From Saccharolobus solfataricus P2 (GTDB lineage: Archaea > Thermoproteota > Thermoprotei_A > Sulfolobales > Sulfolobaceae): 64,000 nt of DNA. The position numbers and the translations under genes were made by a program. The notes under the pieces are model-generated. The model was not told the origin of the DNA. It saw nothing but the letters and a program-made list of their open reading frames with translations, and did not search any database. Below, in pieces: positions 12,798-23,703 of this stretch; the stretch's first letter is position 1; each line of letters opens with the position of its first letter. Where the stretch lies: the NCBI RefSeq assembly GCF_000007005.1, contig NC_002754.1; one strand, written 5' to 3'.

Positions 12798-14870
12798 GTT
12801 AATCTTTCCCCTAATTTTTTGATTAATCTTAGCAACGTAAGTGTTTTGCATTGTCTTCTCTACTTGAATTTCCTTACTATCGTCAACTATTATCTTGCTC
12901 ACTGGTTTCTCTGATGTGATAGTTAGCTTAGATACATAAATCTCCCTTGAAAACTTAATTTCATTACTTGAGGAGGTAATTTCAGCATTATCGTAACGCT
13001 TGAACGAGGTCTCACCGTAAACTATTAACTCGTCACCCTCCAACGGGATTATTGATCCTTCTCTCAAGTAAATTGGCAACTCATGAGTAGACTTAACAAC
13101 ACTCTTACCGTTTATTATCTCGCCATTCCAGTAATTGTACCACTTACCTCTAGGTAATGTTACTAACCTACTCTCCTCTTTACTTACAATTGGAGCGTAA
13201 AGCAAATACTTACCAACCATATACTCGTCTTCTATTCTATACATGTCGTCATCATCCTGGAATTCGTAAAATAGAGGTCTAATTACCGGATGTCCCTTCT
13301 CACTAGCCTCTAAAGCTAAGGAATAAATATAGGGTAAGAACTTATACCTCAACTCCACGATTTCCTTTACTTTCTCCTTATAGTAATCTGGCAGGAAAAC
13401 TGGTTCCGTATCTATACCATCAGTTGCCTTGTGTGACCTATAGAAGGGGAAGAACAAGGCTAAAGCATAATATTTGACTAATAAATCCATAGAGTTGTCA
13501 ATTTCCGCGAAGTTCCTGCCTTGAAATCCACCTATATCACAACCTACAAATGGTACACCAGAAATCGATAAGCCGAGAACCAATTGTAGTTGAAGCTTCA
13601 AATCATCCCATGAAGGGGTATTATCACCAGTCCAGATGAATGCGTATCTTTGTATTCCGGCATAACCGGCTCTACTCAAGATAAATATTTCATTCCTATG
13701 GCTTGTCCTAAACCCCTTAAACGTTGCCATAGCCTCATATAAAGGATAAGCATTTCTAACTTTTTCGTGTTTAACCCTCTTTCCCCTCAAGTAGTGAACT
13801 ACGTTATCTGGAAAAGTGGTAACAAGTCTATCATCTCTGAACTGTACGGGTAACGAAGATAAAACGTCTCTGATCTCAATAGCCCTAGAGAAGTCAGTTG
13901 GTTCATTCATGTCTAGCCAAATACCATCAACTCCTTGTGAAAGCCATTCGGAGATTAACCCAGCCCACCATTCTCTAGTATCCTCCCTGAAGAAGTCTGG
14001 ATAGACAGTAGTACCAGGCCACATTTTACCTACGAATAGTTCACCACTTTCAATCTCACAGAATTTTCCCATTCCGGAAAGAAATGGTGAATAATTCTGA
14101 TCAACCCTTATTCCGTGGTCAACTATTGTAATTAGCTTAACGTTTCTCTTGTGTAATTCGTCAATTAGCTTTTTAGGTTCTGGGAACCTATAAGGATGCC
14201 ATGTAAATAACTTATAGGAGTCCATGTAGTGTATATCTAAGAATACTCCAGCTACTCTAAAACCCTCCTTTTGCATTATATCTACTAACTCAACAACCTT
14301 ATCCTGGGGGTAGTAAGAGTAGCGTGATATCATGTAACCGAAAGCCCACATGGGAGGTAGGAAAGGTTTTCCGGTAAGCTCCGTGTATTTCTCTAGAACG
14401 TCCTCAATTCTTGGCCCTTCAATCACGTAAAACTCTACTGAGTCCTCTGGAATTGTAACAATTACTTTATCGTATTCCTCAAGTCCCACGTCGAAGATCA
14501 CTTTAGAAGCTGAGTTGAAGAAGTAACCAGTTGCAACGCCGTCTTTCACTGATATAAATAAGGGTATACTAACGTAAAGTGGATCTTGATATTTCTTATA
14601 AGCCCCAGCGTCAACGTTATACATCACATACCTTTTCCTCTTTCTATCCAACTCAAACGCCTTCTCTCCCAATCCTATAATGTGCTCTTTCAAATCCAAT
14701 GATTTCTCGACAATAACCTTGTTACCTTGTTGAACTATTGTTAAACCCAACTCTGATAAAGATTTATTCGATGATATCTTTTGCTCAAGTGGGAATTCTA
14801 TGGGGGGAAATGGTTCTCCTATAACTACTTTGTAAACGCCTTTGTTCTCGTATATTTTTATTGTCTGCAT
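12789..14870 (-). CDS. malA: GH31 alpha-glucosidase MalA
   Basis: WLDMNEP nucleophile and WTGDN acid/base motifs; 693 aa with the recognised N-terminus [11 protein letters not shown]. Confidence 0.96.
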
Positions 14871-14899
14871 CCCTTATCACCGTATACAATTCTCTTCAA

Positions 14900-14940
14900 A
14901 ATATAAAGCTTTCTTTATCTAGTTTATCTAACAACTAGAT
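14900..14940 (-). promoter_or_regulatory. malA promoter: TTTATATT TATA box, AACTAGAT motif 9 nt upstream, part of an 8-8-8 inverted repeat
   Basis: Plus strand reads ATCTAGTT (14917-24), 8-nt spacer, AACTAGAT (14933-40). TATA box at 14907-14900. Confidence 0.6.
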
Positions 14941-15290
14941 TGTTATCCTTTTTTCGGATTATGACAATAACTAACTACATAACGTTAAGTTTAAACCAAT
15001 TAGTATTTATTGGAAAAGCGTTGAATTCGATAATTCCTATGAATACCTACCTTAATATTTGCTATTACTTAAAGATAAATAATAGATACTAACAATTTTA
15101 ATATAAAAACATTATTAGCTCAAACATAATTCTTTTAAAAACTATATAACCCTAGGATTTTACGTAAAATGCTAACCAATAACATGCATTCGAGACACAC
15201 TTTTAACTAACTATGCTAATCCTTAATTAAAGAAGGTTTAACAAAATAGATTTATATACTAACCCTATATCATATCATAAATGATCTGTC

Positions 15291-15923
15291 TTGCGGTTAA
15301 GTAATGGAGACGTTATAGTGTTTGCTGGAGATAGTATAACCGATCGTGAGAAGTCAAACAACGCTCCTTTAGGGTATGGGTATGTCAATCTTTTTTATAA
15401 TCTTATGTTGGCTAAACATCCAGAGACGAAAATTACTGTTATAAATTCTGGTATAAGTGGAAATACTGTAATCGACCTCATAGATAGATGGGACGATGAT
15501 GTGCTAAGTTATAAACCTAATTGGATATCGATTTTAATTGGTATAAATGACCTCCATAAGTTTCTAGGTGGCTTAACGACATTTAACCCTGAAAACTACT
15601 ATGAAAACTTGAGACGTCTACTAAAATATACTAGAAAAGTGCTTAACAACGTGAATTTTATTTTAATGACCCCATTTTATATCAGTAGGAATAAACTTGA
15701 GGGTGGATTTAGGGCTAAGGTGCTGGAACTATTACCTCAATATATAGAGAAAGTTAGATTACTATCTAACGAGTTCTCTGCAACTTATATTGACCTTCAC
15801 GACACTTTTAAAAAACTAGTTAATATAAGGGAACCTAACGTCTACGCACCAGAACCAGTTCATCCAAATTTCACAGGGCACATGGTAATTGCCTTAAAGC
15901 TGCTTGAGGCATTGGAAATATGA
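15291..15923 (+). CDS. SGNH/GDSL hydrolase (possible carbohydrate esterase)
   Basis: GDSIT, NSGISG, GIND and terminal EPVHP (D/E-x-x-H) blocks. Confidence 0.88.
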   Translation: MRLSNGDVIVFAGDSITDREKSNNAPLGYGYVNLFYNLMLAKHPETKITVINSGISGNTVIDLIDRWDDDVLSYKPNWISILIGINDLHKFLGGLTTFNPENYYENLRRLLKYTRKVLNNVNFILMTPFYISRNKLEGGFRAKVLELLPQYIEKVRLLSNEFSATYIDLHDTFKKLVNIREPNVYAPEPVHPNFTGHMVIALKLLEALEI

Positions 15924-16120
15924 TTCATTTATAATACGAATTATATGAGATAAATTATTTTAAATCTCTTCAGTTATATTTGGAAGTTTCATTATAATGA
16001 GTTAACTATTAATACTGGCTCTTAAAATAATTTATTAAAAAGATTCTTTGCAATTCCTACACTAGTTTCCTTGTATTTATATAAATGCAAAAAATAAAAT
16101 ACCTTATATAATAGAGTTTA

Positions 16121-18286
16121 TTATCTTCTTCTTACCACTACATAAGCTACTACTGCTATAATTACAATTATAACAACAATTATACCAGCAATAACACCAG
16201 TAGATAACCCACTAGATGTTGACACAGTACTAGTTACCGAAGTAGTACTCATAGAGGTTGTAGTAGTGACAGATGTTGACGCACTCGTTGTAGTAACAGT
16301 TGAAGTACTTGTGGAAGTCTGAGTTACTGTTGATGTGGAAGGCTGCAACATAGCTAATAATGATGGTGGTGTTGCAGTATTGGCCTTGCCGTATATGAAT
16401 GCAAGTAAATCTTGCCAAGCAGCTTGAGTATAAGCAACCTCTTGTGCGTTAGACATACCAGGAGGTCTAGGAGCAAGATTCATTAACATTAATAGATTTC
16501 CTCCTATCCAAGGTTCCACATTCCATGTATAGAAGTATTGTGGAGTCGAAAATCCAATATAGTATTGGTCCTCATATTCGTATCTTGGATATGCGTCAAA
16601 GACCACTGGGATTGCGGGTAAATCCTTTATTAGAATAGCTGCCATATTATTATATATCTGTTTTAGTAATGTTACATTTGTTGTATCTCCAGCCTGTATC
16701 CAAAGGTCTATAAATTCCTTAGGAGGGATCCATCTACCAAAATCAGAATATACATATACCCCAATAGTTTCTAGAGCAGTTACGTTTGGCTGATCAGTAC
16801 CAGGTATAAGTGGAGGTATGAACGCAGATTCCCACACATAATAAGGACTGTAAGCATTAGTGATCCAGTATATTAAATCATACTGACCCCCATCAAGAGC
16901 CGCGAACATTTGTGAAGGAGTTTCTGACACAACATTAATCTGTAGTCCTATCTGTGCTAGATCCTCTGCAATTAGTTGAGTAGTGGCATAGGTATCAGAG
17001 AAACCTTGATAATTTATCATTGTATAAGTTGGTAGTGGTGTACCATTAGGGAAACTTAATTTTCCATTAATTATTTTTAGACCGTGCGATTCCAAAATCT
17101 GTATAGCTTCAGTGAGATTATACTGATCTACTTGATGGGCTTCCTGTATAATTGTTGAATTTAACCAGATTTCTTCCATTGGAGATGGTAAGAAGTCAGC
17201 AGGTGTTGGAGGAGCTCCGGTAGGTATCCCATATTGCGAACCTAAAGAAATTTGTGTTCTATTTAAGGCTAATGACAACGCGTATCTAAACCAGGTCTCG
17301 TTCCAAGGCCAATAGTTAAGCCTAGCAAAGTTTATCCACAAGAACGAGGGTTGACCTCCAGATCCATTCCCTATACTTGCCATACCATGATAATATTGAG
17401 GATTAGCATATGTAAATAACTTACTGAAAGGAGTTGATCCAGTACTTCCAGTTCCACCCCACTGCGCGATTCCTTTAGCTAGAAGGCCATATGCTTGAGC
17501 ATTACTAATCCCAACATAGTATGTGAACGTTGATATAAATGGCCTACCTGGGATCCAGTAGTATGGATTTCTATAGAATGTAGCTTGGGTTTCTGTGGCC
17601 TTAGCTAAATAATATGGACCTGTTCCCACAGGTATGGGTATTACTGCTGCAGCTGGATTCGTTAAATTAGCGTATTGTTCCCAAGGGACAATAAATTGCT
17701 CTAATAAGTCATACAACGCGTACTGGACGTTTGGTTTACCAAAATGGAAAATAACCTCGTATGGATTAACTTCGGTTACTGTAACATTAAATGGATTTCC
17801 ATAGACCTTAAAATAGTCTTGATAAGTTGCAACCACATCCTTAGCTGAAAATGGCCATAATATTTGTCCTTGCGTACCATTAGGTAATGTTCCATTATAG
17901 TAGAAATAAACTCCATGTCTTAGATATACAATGAAATTTGTATTATTATCTGTGAATGTCCAGTTTGTCGCCAACCATGGATAAACCTGACCTGTCATGA
18001 AATCTGCAATTCCTAATGTCTCGAATATAAACTCATAAGGAATATCATCGGATCTCTCTCCTACTCCAAACACGTTCCAATTATTAGGTACAATAGGTCC
18101 ACTTCCGGTTGTTACTCCAAAAGTTGGATATGACGATGCCCATGGAAAACTATAGCTTGCTGCCGGATTTAATTGAGGTGATTGTGAATTGACTACTCTG
18201 CTACTGATAATAAATGGCATAAAGGCTGAAAGTGCCATTAATATTAATGCAGTAAGCCCTATTACATTTTTTATCTTTTTGTTCAT
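16121..18286 (-). CDS. ABC substrate-binding protein, peptide family, oligosaccharide-binding (recalled literature assigns maltodextrin or cellodextrin)
   Basis: Signal peptide, family-5 fold motifs, Ser/Thr linker, C-terminal TM helix and RR tail; paralog of 4177-6309. Confidence 0.9.
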   Translation of the reverse strand: MNKKIKNVIGLTALILMALSAFMPFIISSRVVNSQSPQLNPAASYSFPWASSYPTFGVTTGSGPIVPNNWNVFGVGERSDDIPYEFIFETLGIADFMTGQVYPWLATNWTFTDNNTNFIVYLRHGVYFYYNGTLPNGTQGQILWPFSAKDVVATYQDYFKVYGNPFNVTVTEVNPYEVIFHFGKPNVQYALYDLLEQFIVPWEQYANLTNPAAAVIPIPVGTGPYYLAKATETQATFYRNPYYWIPGRPFISTFTYYVGISNAQAYGLLAKGIAQWGGTGSTGSTPFSKLFTYANPQYYHGMASIGNGSGGQPSFLWINFARLNYWPWNETWFRYALSLALNRTQISLGSQYGIPTGAPPTPADFLPSPMEEIWLNSTIIQEAHQVDQYNLTEAIQILESHGLKIINGKLSFPNGTPLPTYTMINYQGFSDTYATTQLIAEDLAQIGLQINVVSETPSQMFAALDGGQYDLIYWITNAYSPYYVWESAFIPPLIPGTDQPNVTALETIGVYVYSDFGRWIPPKEFIDLWIQAGDTTNVTLLKQIYNNMAAILIKDLPAIPVVFDAYPRYEYEDQYYIGFSTPQYFYTWNVEPWIGGNLLMLMNLAPRPPGMSNAQEVAYTQAAWQDLLAFIYGKANTATPPSLLAMLQPSTSTVTQTSTSTSTVTTTSASTSVTTTTSMSTTSVTSTVSTSSGLSTGVIAGIIVVIIVIIAVVAYVVVRRR

Positions 18287-18317
18287 AACTTCACTTACGT
18301 TTCATTCGATATTATGA

Positions 18318-18343
18318 TATATAAAGTTTTATGTTAACTAGTT
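18318..18343 (-). promoter_or_regulatory. AACTAGTT motif + 10 nt + TATA box (TTTATATA)
   Basis: Motif at 18336-18343 and TATA at 18325-18318; same spacing as the araS ARA box. Confidence 0.6.
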
Positions 18344-18473
18344 AAGTTGAATAGGGGACAGAATTTATATCGTCAAGGGATTTATAAAGAATTAAAATTT
18401 AATAAAATATTAAGTAAGAAAAATGGCGAAACTTTTATATTTATGGTATCAAACATACAAAATGTGTAATAAG

Positions 18474-19529
18474 ATGGAGTATATGAAATTTGGTAATAGT
18501 GGTTTAAAAGTGTCGAAGTTTTGTCTAGGTACATGGCATTTACCTCCGTCTAAGGAAAGGGATAGCTACGGGGTTTATAAGGTAGATGAGGAAGAGAGTA
18601 AAAAGACAATTGTAAAGGCAATAGATCTTGGCGTAAATTTCTTTGATACTGCTAATGTCTATCATGGTGTGATGCAGGGACCAGACGTTTTCCATGTAGG
18701 TAATGCTGAAAGGATATTAGGGGAGGCAATTAAGGGATACGATAGAGAATCGTTAGTTTTAGCTACAAAGGTTCGCGGGAAGATGGCTGAACATGCTAAT
18801 GGTGAAGGACTTTCAAGGAAGCACATTATGTGGCAAGTAAGAGAATCGTTGAAGAGATTGAATACTGATTATATCGATATATATTTAATGCATAGACCAG
18901 ATCCAGATACACCAATAGAAGAGACTATGGAAACATTTCACGATTTGGTAAGACAAGGTAAAATACACTACATTGGTGAGAGTTATTTTGATCCGACAGA
19001 CATACCCTATTTAGTTAAGATTGCAAAAGACCTACATGTTCCTTTCATAGCCATGCAAGAACCCTATAATTTTTTAGAGAGAGACATAGAAAAAGATAAA
19101 TTTATACTGGCAAAAACGTATGGATTAGGAATAATGGCATATATACCCTTAGCACAAGGAGTTCTTACAGGTAAATACCTTAATACTACTCCAGATATGA
19201 GTAGAGCTACATACGTACCCGAAATATCTAATAGGTATTTTACTAAAGAGAATTTCGAGGTTTTAAGGGAATTTCATGAAATTGCTAAGGAACTAGGAGT
19301 CACAGATACCCAATTAGCCTTAGCGTGGATTTTCAAGATTCAAGAAATCAATCAAATTACCATAGTCCCTATAATAGGGGTTACAAAAATTAATCAGCTA
19401 GAGGAAAACATTGAGAGCCTAAATGTGAAGATATCGAATGATACATATAAGAAGTTAGACGAAATTTCAAAACGCGTTAAGGTAAATTGGGAAATTAAAT
19501 ATAATAAGATTATAAAAAGATTTGAATAA
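18474..19529 (+). CDS. Aldo/keto reductase
   Basis: GNSGLKVSKFCLGT, FFDTANVY, DIYLMH and PLAQGVLTGKY. ATG 18474 preferred as start. Confidence 0.9.
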   Translation: MEYMKFGNSGLKVSKFCLGTWHLPPSKERDSYGVYKVDEEESKKTIVKAIDLGVNFFDTANVYHGVMQGPDVFHVGNAERILGEAIKGYDRESLVLATKVRGKMAEHANGEGLSRKHIMWQVRESLKRLNTDYIDIYLMHRPDPDTPIEETMETFHDLVRQGKIHYIGESYFDPTDIPYLVKIAKDLHVPFIAMQEPYNFLERDIEKDKFILAKTYGLGIMAYIPLAQGVLTGKYLNTTPDMSRATYVPEISNRYFTKENFEVLREFHEIAKELGVTDTQLALAWIFKIQEINQITIVPIIGVTKINQLEENIESLNVKISNDTYKKLDEISKRVKVNWEIKYNKIIKRFE

Positions 19530-19609
19530 CTTTTGAGTACTTTGCCAATATAATTTTAAATTACAAAAAATCTATAGTTAAGTCATTTATATTCAACATT
19601 TGGAAATTA

Positions 19610-21463
19610 TTAGATAGTTTTATATGGATCCGGCACTGCCTCTATTAAACGTTTAGTATACTCATGAGATGGATTGGATATAACTTCATAAGTGTTTCCC
19701 TTTTCTACTATCCTTCCCTTATAAATAACCATAATCTCGTCAGCAATATAATTTACAGTTGCAATGTCGTGGGTTATGTATAATATGCTGATACCATTCT
19801 TTTTAAACTTCTTAATTAGATTTAATATGCCTGCCCTCAACGAGGCATCTAACATGGAAACTGGTTCATCAGCAACTAACACTTTAGGTTCTACAGCAGT
19901 TGCTCTAGCTATTGCCACCCTTTGCCTTTCTCCACCAGATAGCTCATGAGGATATTTATATAGATATTTCTCGGGTGGCTTTAATCCTACATTTTTAAGA
20001 ACCTCAATTATTTTCGGTAATAATTGATCTTTATTTGAAACCTTTTTATGTATGAGTAAAGGTCTCTCTACGTGCCACCTAACAGTATGACGAGGATCAA
20101 GCGAAGAGTAAGGATCTTGGAATATCATCTGAACGTTCTCCTTATACCACATAGAGTTCCTCACGCCGTATTCACTCACATCTTTTCCTAATAGAATTAT
20201 CTTACCAGAAGTCTGTTGAATCATACCAGCTAGTATTTTAGCGATAGTAGACTTACCATGTCCACTTCCGCCTACCAATGCTGTTATAGTGCCCTTCTTT
20301 AACTCAAAGGATACATCATTAACAGCATTGATGGGTTCACTTAAAATAAGGTTTTTTCTAATATAATAAATTTTACTTAAATTCAGTATCTTCATTACAA
20401 CCTCATGTTGATTGCTCTCTGATAAATCAGTTTCTGCCTTCTCCTCAGCATAATATTCTAACGGTATGGGAAGAGTAGATAAGTCAACATATCCCCCTTT
20501 TTGTAGGAAACACCTAGCCTTATGACCATCCATTATATCTCCTAAAGCTGGGTTAAGAGTGCTACATTTTTCCATCTTGAATGGACATCTATCATAAAAC
20601 CTACATGAATTAGGTACTTTCGATAGCATAAGTGGTGGATTCCCTGGTATTGATAATAATTTCTCTCGTCTCTTTACCAAAGACGGGAGGCTACTTATAA
20701 GAAGGTATGTATATGGATGAGACGGCCTTTTTATAATTTCCTCCTTTGATCCAATCTCTACTATCTCACCAGCATACATTATGCCTACTCTATCCGATAT
20801 CATCAACAACATTGATATATCATGAGATATAATTACTAAAGAAACACCTAACTGTCTTTGTATTCTCTTTAGATCCTTAAGTATTTCATATTGGACAATA
20901 ACGTCCAGTCCTGTTGTAGGCTCATCGAGTATTATTAAAGAGGGGTTTAAGAGAATAGACGTAGCTATTACAACTCTTTGCCTCATACCGCCTGATAACT
21001 CATGCGGATACATATTAACTACATTATAAGGAAGATCCACTAACTCCAGTTTCTCTTTTATTAACTTACGTGCCTCTTCCACATTTACTCCATGACTTAC
21101 CGCAGCTCGCATCATTTGATCACCTATTTTAGCTACTGGATCTAACGCATCCATAGCAAACTGAGGTACATACACGAACTCTTTCATTCTAAGCTTTCTG
21201 AGTTCTTCCTGAGTAATTGATAAGATATCTTTGTCTTTCAAATAAACGTGGCCCCTAAGGACTACTCCAGGGTACTTAAGTAAGCCGTAAATTGCCATTG
21301 CTAACGTAGACTTCCCACATCCAGATTCGCCCGCTATAGCGAAAATCTCATTTGGATATACCTCAAAATTAACGTTAGTAACACCAATTACAAATCCATC
21401 TTGATTAAAATAACCTGCTGTTAATTCATTTACCTTGAGTAAACTATCCATAATCTCCTCCAC
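19610..21463 (-). CDS. Fused double ABC ATPase (OppD+OppF)
   Basis: Two Walker A motifs (GESGCGKS, GGSGHGKS) and two LSGG signatures; the start may be ATG 21451. Confidence 0.92.
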   Translation of the reverse strand: MEEIMDSLLKVNELTAGYFNQDGFVIGVTNVNFEVYPNEIFAIAGESGCGKSTLAMAIYGLLKYPGVVLRGHVYLKDKDILSITQEELRKLRMKEFVYVPQFAMDALDPVAKIGDQMMRAAVSHGVNVEEARKLIKEKLELVDLPYNVVNMYPHELSGGMRQRVVIATSILLNPSLIILDEPTTGLDVIVQYEILKDLKRIQRQLGVSLVIISHDISMLLMISDRVGIMYAGEIVEIGSKEEIIKRPSHPYTYLLISSLPSLVKRREKLLSIPGNPPLMLSKVPNSCRFYDRCPFKMEKCSTLNPALGDIMDGHKARCFLQKGGYVDLSTLPIPLEYYAEEKAETDLSESNQHEVVMKILNLSKIYYIRKNLILSEPINAVNDVSFELKKGTITALVGGSGHGKSTIAKILAGMIQQTSGKIILLGKDVSEYGVRNSMWYKENVQMIFQDPYSSLDPRHTVRWHVERPLLIHKKVSNKDQLLPKIIEVLKNVGLKPPEKYLYKYPHELSGGERQRVAIARATAVEPKVLVADEPVSMLDASLRAGILNLIKKFKKNGISILYITHDIATVNYIADEIMVIYKGRIVEKGNTYEVISNPSHEYTKRLIEAVPDPYKTI

Positions 21464-21579
21464 CTTAACAAAAAATATAGTAACTCTAAAATAAAAACTT
21501 TTTGCGATATATTGTTATTCTGTATTTTCGTACAGAAAGACGATCGAATCGATTTAGTTTAATCTTAGTATCAGAATGA

Positions 21580-22637
21580 TGCTTTGTGGATTGCTTCAGA
21601 ATTGTACAAAAAGTTTATAAATTATTCGTTTAAGTATTACCTATGGAAAAGAGTAAGTACAAGAGGGACTGGAGCAAGTACGACGAGAACGTCATTACTA
21701 GATATAAGTTGATGTTCCCCTTCTACGTATTCGAACATTGGTGGGACTTATTAGCAGAGGAGAACAGGAACGCTAGGACAAAGTATAAAGCTCCGAAGGA
21801 GTTCGACGAATTCCTAGCCTTCCTCCACATCTTCCTACCTTACAGAGCAATAGAAGGAGTATTAAGAGCCTTAGAACAATTGAAGATCATCCCCACAAGC
21901 CTCGATTACTCAACAATATGGAAGAGAGTGAGGAACATGAAAATAACCTTCCCCGAGGCAAGTGACGAACTTGAAGTAATTGCAGACGCTACAGGCATTA
22001 GCACAAACACGGGAGGACAATACATTGTTGCCAAGTGGGGTAAGACTAGGGATTCAAAATTCCTCAAGATCGAGATAGTAATGGACAATAACGAATTCAA
22101 CGTGATAAACGCTGAGGTCACTAGCAACGAGGTTGAAAGCGCTGTAAAAACAGTTAAGGATCTTCAAGATAAGGGAAAGAAGGTCAAGAAGTTTTATGGA
22201 GATAAGACATATGACGCCAATGAGGTTTACAAGACCGGAGTTGAGGTTGTAGTTCCTCCCAAGAAGAACGCTTCTACTAAAAGGGGCCATCTTGCTAGAC
22301 GTAAGGCTGTGCGGGAGTTTAGGAAGTTGGGTTATGATCGTTGGAGGGAGGAGAAGGGTTATGGCGTTAGGTGGAGGGTCGAGTCCTTGTTCTCTGCGGT
22401 GAAGCGTACTTTTGGGGAATCGGTTAGGGCAACAAGTTTTGCTGGACAAGTAGTTGAGGCTAAGCTCAAGTTCTGGGCTTACGCGTGGATGGTTCACTTG
22501 GCGAATTCTGTAGTCGGTAGGGCTCCGGGCATTAGGGTGTAAGCTTGAGAGGAACGTTGAAATAAATATTAATTACTGAAAAATTAGTGTTATACAATAT
22601 CGTTTTAATGAGACAAATTGAACAAATCAACAAAGTA
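21580..22637 (+). mobile_element. ISC1058-type IS5-family element, 1058 bp, 9-bp target-site duplication
   Basis: TSD TCAGAATGA at 21571-21579 and 22638-22646. Imperfect TIRs TGCTTTGTGGATTGCTTC / TACTTTGTTGATTTGTTC. Measured length is 1058. Confidence 0.93.
21643..22542 (+). CDS. IS5-family DDE transposase
   Basis: IADATG, YGDKTYD and RWRVES motifs inside the element. Confidence 0.93.
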   Translation: MEKSKYKRDWSKYDENVITRYKLMFPFYVFEHWWDLLAEENRNARTKYKAPKEFDEFLAFLHIFLPYRAIEGVLRALEQLKIIPTSLDYSTIWKRVRNMKITFPEASDELEVIADATGISTNTGGQYIVAKWGKTRDSKFLKIEIVMDNNEFNVINAEVTSNEVESAVKTVKDLQDKGKKVKKFYGDKTYDANEVYKTGVEVVVPPKKNASTKRGHLARRKAVREFRKLGYDRWREEKGYGVRWRVESLFSAVKRTFGESVRATSFAGQVVEAKLKFWAYAWMVHLANSVVGRAPGIRV

Positions 22638-22695
22638 TCAGAATGACAAAAGTTTATATACAATGGTAAAACATAATTATATTTGGTGATACCTG

Positions 22696-23703
22696 ACGAA
22701 AGTAACTTATATTCTCTACAAACTTGCAATTTATGTGGCCACATTTTTTGTGGTCATAACAGTAAACTTCATATTACCAAGATTAATGCCAGGAAGCGCT
22801 CTTGCTGTAGTAATATCCTTAATTGAAGGACAGAATGGTGTCGCTGCTACAGCTGGAAGTAGCGCGATAGCCCTTGAAGTAAGCCAGCTTGAAGCTGCAT
22901 TTGGTTTAACTCCTGCACCATGGTATGTACAGTATGCGCATTACATACAAGGAATATTTACGCTAAACCTAGGAGCCAGCATAACATATTACCCAACTCC
23001 TGTACTCTCCATAATTTTAAGCGGACTACCTTGGACATTATTTCTAGTCGTAGTTGGAGCAATCATAGCCTTCTTCCTTGGAAGTTATCTTGGAAGTATA
23101 GCCGGTTTTAACAGAAGAAGTAGAAAAGATTTAGTAATATTAATAATTACATCAATCTTGGCTGCTTTGCCTTCATTCGTTATTTTAATGTATTTAGAAA
23201 TGTGGTTATCCGTGCAACATGGAATATTTCTTATAAGCTTCCCAAGCAAGATTAATACTAGTCCCAATTCAATTATGGCCCTTTCAAGATTTTATACACT
23301 CCCAATAATAGCGTTAATGTTTACATCATTATCGGGATTTGTGCTGGGAATGAGAAATAATATGCTACATACGATTAGAGATAATTATGTAACTTACGCA
23401 GAGATTCTTGGATTAGATCATAATCGAATTAGAAAGATGGTTTACAAAAACTCATTGTTACCAAATATAACCGCCTTTGCAATAATATTGGGTCTCGCAA
23501 TAAGCCAGTCACTGACTGTAGAAGGTCTATTAACGACACCAGGTGTGGGATTCTTCTTCGGGTTAGCATTAACTTCAAAGGATTTACCCCTTCTCCAAGG
23601 GATTTTCTTATTTATCGCAATAATGTTAATACTTTCAATAGCTATAGTAGAAGCAATCTACACTATTCTAGATCCTAGAGCAAGGGTGAGTGAAAGTGAG
23701 TAA
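22696..23703 (+). CDS. ABC permease (DppB-like); start uncertain (ACG 22696, CTG 22693 or GTG 22735)
   Basis: FILPRLMPG motif. The frame is open upstream of GTG 22735 back to TGA 22687, and the extension aligns with the N-terminus of paralog 9228-10256. Confidence 0.85.
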   Translation, partial: TKVTYILYKLAIYVATFFVVITVNFILPRLMPGSALAVVISLIEGQNGVAATAGSSAIALEVSQLEAAFGLTPAPWYVQYAHYIQGIFTLNLGASITYYPTPVLSIILSGLPWTLFLVVVGAIIAFFLGSYLGSIAGFNRRSRKDLVILIITSILAALPSFVILMYLEMWLSVQHGIFLISFPSKINTSPNSIMALSRFYTLPIIALMFTSLSGFVLGMRNNMLHTIRDNYVTYAEILGLDHNRIRKMVYKNSLLPNITAFAIILGLAISQSLTVEGLLTTPGVGFFFGLALTSKDLPLLQGIFLFIAIMLILSIAIVEAIYTILDPRARVSESE

